Origin: Candidatus Bathyarchaeota archaeon
GTDB taxonomy: Archaea; Thermoproteota; Bathyarchaeia; Bathyarchaeales; Bathycorpusculaceae
Length of the DNA: 64,000 nt
Assembly (NCBI GenBank): GCA_963782525.1
Contig: CAWAKC010000005.1
Coordinates: 32,001 to 96,000, forward strand
Direction: 5' to 3'
The notes beneath the pieces are model-generated. The model ran no database searches and had not been told where the DNA came from. It worked only from the letters and a program-made list of their open reading frames with translations. The translations under genes and the position numbers were made by a program. How positions within the stretch are numbered: the stretch's first letter is position 1; each line of letters starts with the position of its first letter. This document shows positions 58,946-64,000 of the stretch, piece by piece.

Positions 58946-59066
58946 GACTCTTTCTTGCTAAGGATAAGCTATCGTTAAAAAATAAATTCTTGAAGCATTC
59001 AACAAAAGTAGAAGCATCTCCGCTAGAATTTGAAGCAATCCCTTAAGCAGCATTTTTACCGGTAAA

Positions 59067-59095
59067 CGGGGGTTCAAATCTCTTCCCCGGCGCCA
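59067..59095 (+). repeat. Degenerate tRNA-Ser-like 3'-end fragment
   Basis: CGGGGGTTCAAATCTCTTCCCCGGCGCCA; no 5' half present. Confidence 0.55.
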
Positions 59096-59263
59096 TTTTT
59101 TAGAGCTAATTTCAAGGCTATTTTTTAGAATAGAGTATAATTTAACCATATCTAGCATTTCTTTCAAAACAGTCAAAATTTGAGAAGGATTTCTTACTAG
59201 TACACCAGATGCAGAAGAATTAAATTCCTTTATGGCTTAACGAATAAAGAAGTGAACAATTAA

Positions 59264-59584
59264 ATGAAAGTTACACAAGTATGTGAGACTAGTTGTTTCC
59301 AGAATGCGCATGGAGTAGATGCTAAAGAAATCTACGACTCAGAAAATGCTCAAGTCATTCACATGGCACTATCAAAGGATCAGTCATTAAAGAAACATGT
59401 AACTCCTGTTGATGTTTTCTTTTATATCCTTGAAGGCAAAGGAATTGTGGAAATTGGAGAAGAAACACAAGAGGTAGAAAAAGATACAATAATTGATAGT
59501 CCTAAAGGCATCCCACATTTACTCCGTAACAATGGAGACGGCATCTTTCGATTTCTTGTAATAAAACTGCAAAAGTCAAAATAG
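59264..59584 (+). CDS. Cupin domain protein
   Basis: H.TP...FYILEG.G...SP.GIPH...N. Confidence 0.88.
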   Translation: MKVTQVCETSCFQNAHGVDAKEIYDSENAQVIHMALSKDQSLKKHVTPVDVFFYILEGKGIVEIGEETQEVEKDTIIDSPKGIPHLLRNNGDGIFRFLVIKLQKSK

Positions 59585-59601
59585 CCCAACAAGGTGTCTG
59601 T

Positions 59602-60132
59602 ATGTCGTTACCTGTTGATATGTTGATAAATGAACACAAACTAATAATCCAAGCAGTCGATGCAATCAAAAAAAGAATAGCCATAATCAAAACAAGCCAA
59701 ACTATTGAGCCAAATAACATAACGGTTATGGTTGATTTTTTCAGGGTATATGCTGACAGGTTTCATCACGGAAAGGAAGAAGGCATACTGTTTCGGGCAC
59801 TGTACCAAAAGAAGATGAAAGAAAATGATAATAAAATTATGAAAGACCTAATGCAAGAACATGCTTTTGTACGAAAAACCGTGGCTTCCTTAGAAAAAGC
59901 TAATCAAAGCTATGCTTCAGGTAAAAAAGAGGCGCTCAAAGAAATATTGGAAATGTTATCCACATTGTCAACATTCTATCCTAAGCACATCGAAAAAGAA
60001 GATAAACAATTCTTCTATCCTTGCATGGAGTATGTTTCTCCAGAAGAAAGAGAACAGATGATGAGCCAATTCCAACAGTTCAATTTTAGTTTTACCGATA
60101 ACAGGTACACGCAAGTGATAAAATCATTATAG
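59602..60132 (+). CDS. Hemerythrin-like (HHE) domain protein
   Basis: EH..I, HHGKEE..LF, EH, HIEKED..FYP. Confidence 0.9.
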   Translation: MSLPVDMLINEHKLIIQAVDAIKKRIAIIKTSQTIEPNNITVMVDFFRVYADRFHHGKEEGILFRALYQKKMKENDNKIMKDLMQEHAFVRKTVASLEKANQSYASGKKEALKEILEMLSTLSTFYPKHIEKEDKQFFYPCMEYVSPEEREQMMSQFQQFNFSFTDNRYTQVIKSL

Positions 60133-60250
60133 CAACAAATTCTTCTGATACACAAGCTCACAATCTATGAGAAACAACAGTTTAAACTCACATTTTCTTA
60201 GTAAAAAGTGTAGAAGAACATAATTACGCTATAGGACATTACGCTTACTC

Positions 60251-60847
60251 ATGAGATTGCTAAACGAAACTCTATCCGACCTCAAAGTCTACGCAAGAAA
60301 GAAATATTCCTTGACTAAAAACGCTCCAGTCCTTGTTATCCTAGTGACCGAACAGGAGCATAAGATTCTAACAGAAACCTACACTAAACTAATGCAAGAT
60401 TATGAAAAGAGCACAACCGCAAGTGATGGGTCTGACGAAGAGCATTCGCCAATTACCTCTGAGGAGTTCTTCCCAAATGTCGCTAGTATTTTCGAACTTG
60501 CACATAATTATTCTAAAGAAACAACGCCTATTGTCACGCCAATGCTGAGAGATGCGTTTGACATTCCCCATTTTGAAAAATACAAGTATGCTATCTTAAT
60601 TCGAGAAGAGAAACTGCTTGAATGGGGTAGTCAAATGGATATTCAGGTGGATGGTGCGCAAGCTACGGGTAAGAAACGGAAACTTGTTATCTTTTACAGG
60701 ATACTTGCACAAGAGTTTCTTCACGTGGTGGAATGCGAAAAAGGTATTCAAATATTCGGAAACAATGACAGTGCAGATTCTGAGATAGTGCAACGAGCGT
60801 TGAAGGCAGTTAAGGTATTTCGTGATATCGATATCTTTTCTGAATAG
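60251..60847 (+). CDS. Hypothetical protein (degenerate zincin-like QExxH)
   Basis: 198-aa ORF containing ILAQEFLHVVE. Confidence 0.6.
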   Translation: MRLLNETLSDLKVYARKKYSLTKNAPVLVILVTEQEHKILTETYTKLMQDYEKSTTASDGSDEEHSPITSEEFFPNVASIFELAHNYSKETTPIVTPMLRDAFDIPHFEKYKYAILIREEKLLEWGSQMDIQVDGAQATGKKRKLVIFYRILAQEFLHVVECEKGIQIFGNNDSADSEIVQRALKAVKVFRDIDIFSE

Positions 60848-60891
60848 CGGTTAGTTTATTTGAAACTCTTAAAACTCGGATAAATGCAGAG

Positions 60892-61152
60892 TCATGGAAT
60901 TTGTGTCATATTGTCACGCAGAGCCAACCAACGTTTAAACTCTAGTCCTGTGCACTTGCCTTTCCCTATGCAGTTGTTACCGTACTTCTTTCTCAGCTTC
61001 TCGTTGTAGGAGTCAAAAGTTTCTGATTCACTTACTTCTATGCTATCTTTCTTCTTCACTAATTTATAACTCCAATTTGATTCTTGTGCATATCTCTTCT
61101 TAAAGTTACGTCTAACTGTTAACATTGAAAAGCAGAAGTCAGTTACTTCCAA
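60892..61152 (-). CDS. Hypothetical protein or gene fragment
   Basis: 86-aa ORF; upstream frame has a Cys-rich broken ORF. Confidence 0.35.
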   Translation of the reverse strand: MEVTDFCFSMLTVRRNFKKRYAQESNWSYKLVKKKDSIEVSESETFDSYNEKLRKKYGNNCIGKGKCTGLEFKRWLALRDNMTQIP

Positions 61153-61646
61153 ACAAGCATGCTAAACCTTGCAACATATCACATTCAGATTTTTTCCGAT
61201 AGACCGCACATCGATTATTTTCAAGGAACATGCCACAAGCCACCATGCCTAAACTGCAAAAATTCCATTCTTTCAAGTAATCTTACTTGTAATTTGGGTA
61301 CTTCTCATAGACCTGGGGCTGCATAGTTCGCAACCGCATGTCGGCTTTTCTTACAGAGGCCTTTTCACTATTCTCAGTCAGCACCATTCTATCCAACCTG
61401 AAACACTCTTTTCTAACCTATACAACTTAGCCCCTGGAACACTCTTTAATGGAGAAGAGCGAATGCAAATACCTAATTTTGTGAATTTAACCAGAGCCCA
61501 CTCAGCCCTCGTCTTGTTCTCCAATGTTTTTTTAGAAAAGCATATAGACTGGGAAAAAACCGTCAGCTCCAGTCATAGTATTACGAATAGCACACGCTGA
61601 TTTTGGCTAAACTATATTTGGGAGCTTAAAAAAAGAAGAGATTGCA

Positions 61647-62075
61647 CTATAATATGTAAATTCCCAGCTCTATTAATTTTGGAAGACTGTTAATTTCTAT
61701 AGCTTTTGTTCCAGTCACTAAACGCGAAATCCCTGCACTAGCTTGGGCTCCTGCTGTAGCTACGAGGTCGGCTTTATACGAAAGTGTTATTGTTATTCCT
61801 GCTTGTTTTAACTCGTTTGCAGTATCAATTAGCGTTTCGCGCATGCTCATGGCGGTTTTGACCATTTGGGGGCTTTCTTTGGCGGTTTCGGTTGTGCTGA
61901 TGTTTTTGCTATCTTTGCGTACGCTTGCGATTAAGTCTTTTATGAACTCCTTATCTTTTAAGTTAACATCGATTCTTTTGTTTACTGCTACAACTTCAAG
62001 GTTTTCTTTGTTATTTGTTGATAGCGTTACTTTCCCTGATTCAAGCATTTGCCCCATCATCGTTACTATTTGCAT
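61647..62075 (-). CDS. Hypothetical protein
   Basis: 142-aa ORF, co-oriented with its upstream neighbour. Confidence 0.65.
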   Translation of the reverse strand: MQIVTMMGQMLESGKVTLSTNNKENLEVVAVNKRIDVNLKDKEFIKDLIASVRKDSKNISTTETAKESPQMVKTAMSMRETLIDTANELKQAGITITLSYKADLVATAGAQASAGISRLVTGTKAIEINSLPKLIELGIYIL

Positions 62076-62106
62076 GTTTTGCCCGCCATAGACATGGATT
62101 ACGGCG

Positions 62107-62370
62107 CTACTTTATTTTACTTGATTTGCTCGGAGAATCAGTTTCAGCTTCTTTTGCATAAACAACGTCTAAGATTATTGCACCGTTTAGCTTTGCCTTC
62201 ATCAACCCAACGTCAAGAGTAAGGTCTTCGAAACTGAGTTTCAAGTCCGATTCTTTACCTGCAAGTTTGTCAATGATTGCTAGGAGGGTATTTGCCATTG
62301 TTTCAGCAGTTTTTTCCATACCGTGAGCAGTCTTTTCTGATATGCTAGAATTTTTTTCCATTAAAATCAC
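62107..62370 (-). CDS. Small hypothetical protein
   Basis: 87-aa ORF with TATA-like sequence upstream. Confidence 0.6.
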   Translation of the reverse strand: MILMEKNSSISEKTAHGMEKTAETMANTLLAIIDKLAGKESDLKLSFEDLTLDVGLMKAKLNGAIILDVVYAKEAETDSPSKSSKIK

Positions 62371-62807
62371 ACACTTTAAAAGTGACTTTCAGTGATATAA
62401 ACTTTTTAAAAAACCAAAAATTGTTATTCACTGTTCATAACATTTTGCTCCATTTCAAATCACCTCTCTTAGCTGCGAGTGCATTTTCTTAGGCGTGTCA
62501 GAGGTTTTAGCGGCTGGGTACTTGTTTTTTTGGCTGCAATCTCAGATGCCCCTGTGCTGTTGGTTTATGTTTATCAGAAGTCTCCAAGGAATAACTTGCC
62601 TGTTTAACCGAAAACGGATAACCATTTCACTGCAATATGTTCCAGAAAAAAGTCAGCATCCGTTAAAAGAACCATCGGCAACGGTGCATAACTCAAGCAT
62701 AGGCGTTTATGGGGTTGAATAACTTTTCCATGGGGCATTTTATTTGTCCGTTCATTGTTGCAGTCTATTCAGTAACTGAACAAGCCAACTCTTTTTCTTT
62801 CTTATTT

Positions 62808-63170
62808 TCAACATGAGATTAGTGGGGCTGATTGTATTCGGATGCTGTCGGTTCCCATATTTTTACAGATGATGTTGAGTGAGTTTTCGGTGAAATTTAG
62901 TAGTGCTTTGCCGTCGTTTGTGAGTTGGTACACTTTTCTGGGACGTTCTGTATCCACGTTCCAGTTGCTCTTTACGTAGCCTTTTTTCTCCAGTAGTCCT
63001 AGTAGGGGGTAGACGGTGCTGGGTCCGAAGTAGACGCCGAAGCCTTTGCGGATTGTAGTTATGAGTTGGTATCCGTGCATGGATTTTTGGTCTAGATATT
63101 GAAGGATAATCATGTCTAAGAGGCCTTTGGTAAGTTTGGTTTGGACTTCTTTTTGATATTTGTTATTCAT
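62808..63170 (-). CDS. PadR-family regulator
   Basis: GLLD.IIL..L...MHGY.L...GP.TVYPLL..LE..GY...RKVY.LT..G; AGGAG Shine-Dalgarno. Confidence 0.92.
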   Translation of the reverse strand: MNNKYQKEVQTKLTKGLLDMIILQYLDQKSMHGYQLITTIRKGFGVYFGPSTVYPLLGLLEKKGYVKSNWNVDTERPRKVYQLTNDGKALLNFTENSLNIICKNMGTDSIRIQSAPLISC

Positions 63171-64000
63171 TCTTTTTTTTCTCCTGTTGCTGTGATGTAC
63201 GTGTGAACAATATGTCTTTTTAAGACACATCTCTTACGTCTTCATAATGTCCCAACAGCCAAATAAACCCTCGGACATAACGTAAGCATATCAAAACCCT
63301 TCAGACTACCTGATTGTTGAACACAAGAACAGATCAATACATGAAATACAGCCCAAAAATCAATATTTCAATTCAGCAAGGAAACTGTACAACAGAAAGA
63401 CAAAAAACCCGTCAAATAATTAGCGGTTGACTTGTTGTTGATTGCGAGCCAACATTATTTTATATTTTTTTAAAATGCATTTGGCAACAGCCAACAAACT
63501 TGCTAAGTGGGTTCGGCTGCTAACGCTTGATCCGGCAAATCCCCCTCTATTTCTACGTCTAATCAGATGTTAGCACATGGCTAAATCCACTTAACGCAAA
63601 ATATTTTGCCCCTATTACTCGAGAGTCAGAATCCTTTTTTAATATAGAAATATCGCCCGATTTTTAACTCTGCGAATCTAACGCTTAACAGTTTAACAGA
63701 ATCAGCAAAGCAATCTTAATCTATTTCCACATGTATTTTGGGTGGAAAAGGTTGAGGGGTAGCTTTTAGGAGAAAAGTGGGGTAAATGTCTGAGTAAACC
63801 CAACTGCCCAACCCCTCAGCCCTAACGAGTTATTCAACTGATTTAGGTTAAATAATTTTGGATAATCCAAAAAATAGATGTGTTTGTTGCATCAATTTTT
63901 CTCGTTTTTTCTGGGCAATTACATTTAGCTCAATTGCGTAAATCTCCTTATGTTGAAGAATAGCGAAGGCAGTTTTGAGTTTTTAACTAGCATCTCCAAA

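Noticed and set aside
61142-61400. Broken Cys-rich ORF resembling YkgJ-type proteins (CGMFLENNRCAVY) on the minus strand
   Set aside because: Internal stop and only a short motif match; too weak to call.
63779-63801. TPP riboswitch (GGGG...CTGAG...ACCC)
   Set aside because: The P4/P5 pyrophosphate-binding arm is missing and no thiamine gene follows.

Overview
Archaeal chromosomal window, most likely TACK superphylum and probably Bathyarchaeia. This is inferred from gene content: fwdA/fwdC, archaeal IleRS and Trm1, TrmB, class III signal peptides, a BHB multi-intron tRNA and frequent TTG starts. 1-6 kb: formylmethanofuran dehydrogenase and Mo/W-cofactor genes. 6-18.5 kb: a type IV pilus-like locus with assembly ATPase, TadC/ArlJ-like platform, about 7 pilin-like genes, a beta-propeller protein, a divergent surface protein and TrmB. 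Two tandem pilin genes share a 203-bp perfectly identical tract in their head domains although their flanks have diverged. 18.5-48 kb: mostly housekeeping genes (pfkA, two-intron tRNA-Tyr, ileS, trm1, proC, aspartate kinase). This part also holds a MoxR/VWA pair, an uncharacterised GNAT/unknown/HExxH operon, DCD-like and GOLD-like proteins, several sub-60-aa Zn-binding ORFs and a hidden flavodoxin pseudogene. 48-64 kb: an accessory region with tRNA 3'-end fragments (att-like), a frameshifted phage terminase relic, a complete IS1182 element carrying a passenger gene, and redox/efflux cargo. All family calls come from motif recognition by eye; no database searches were run.
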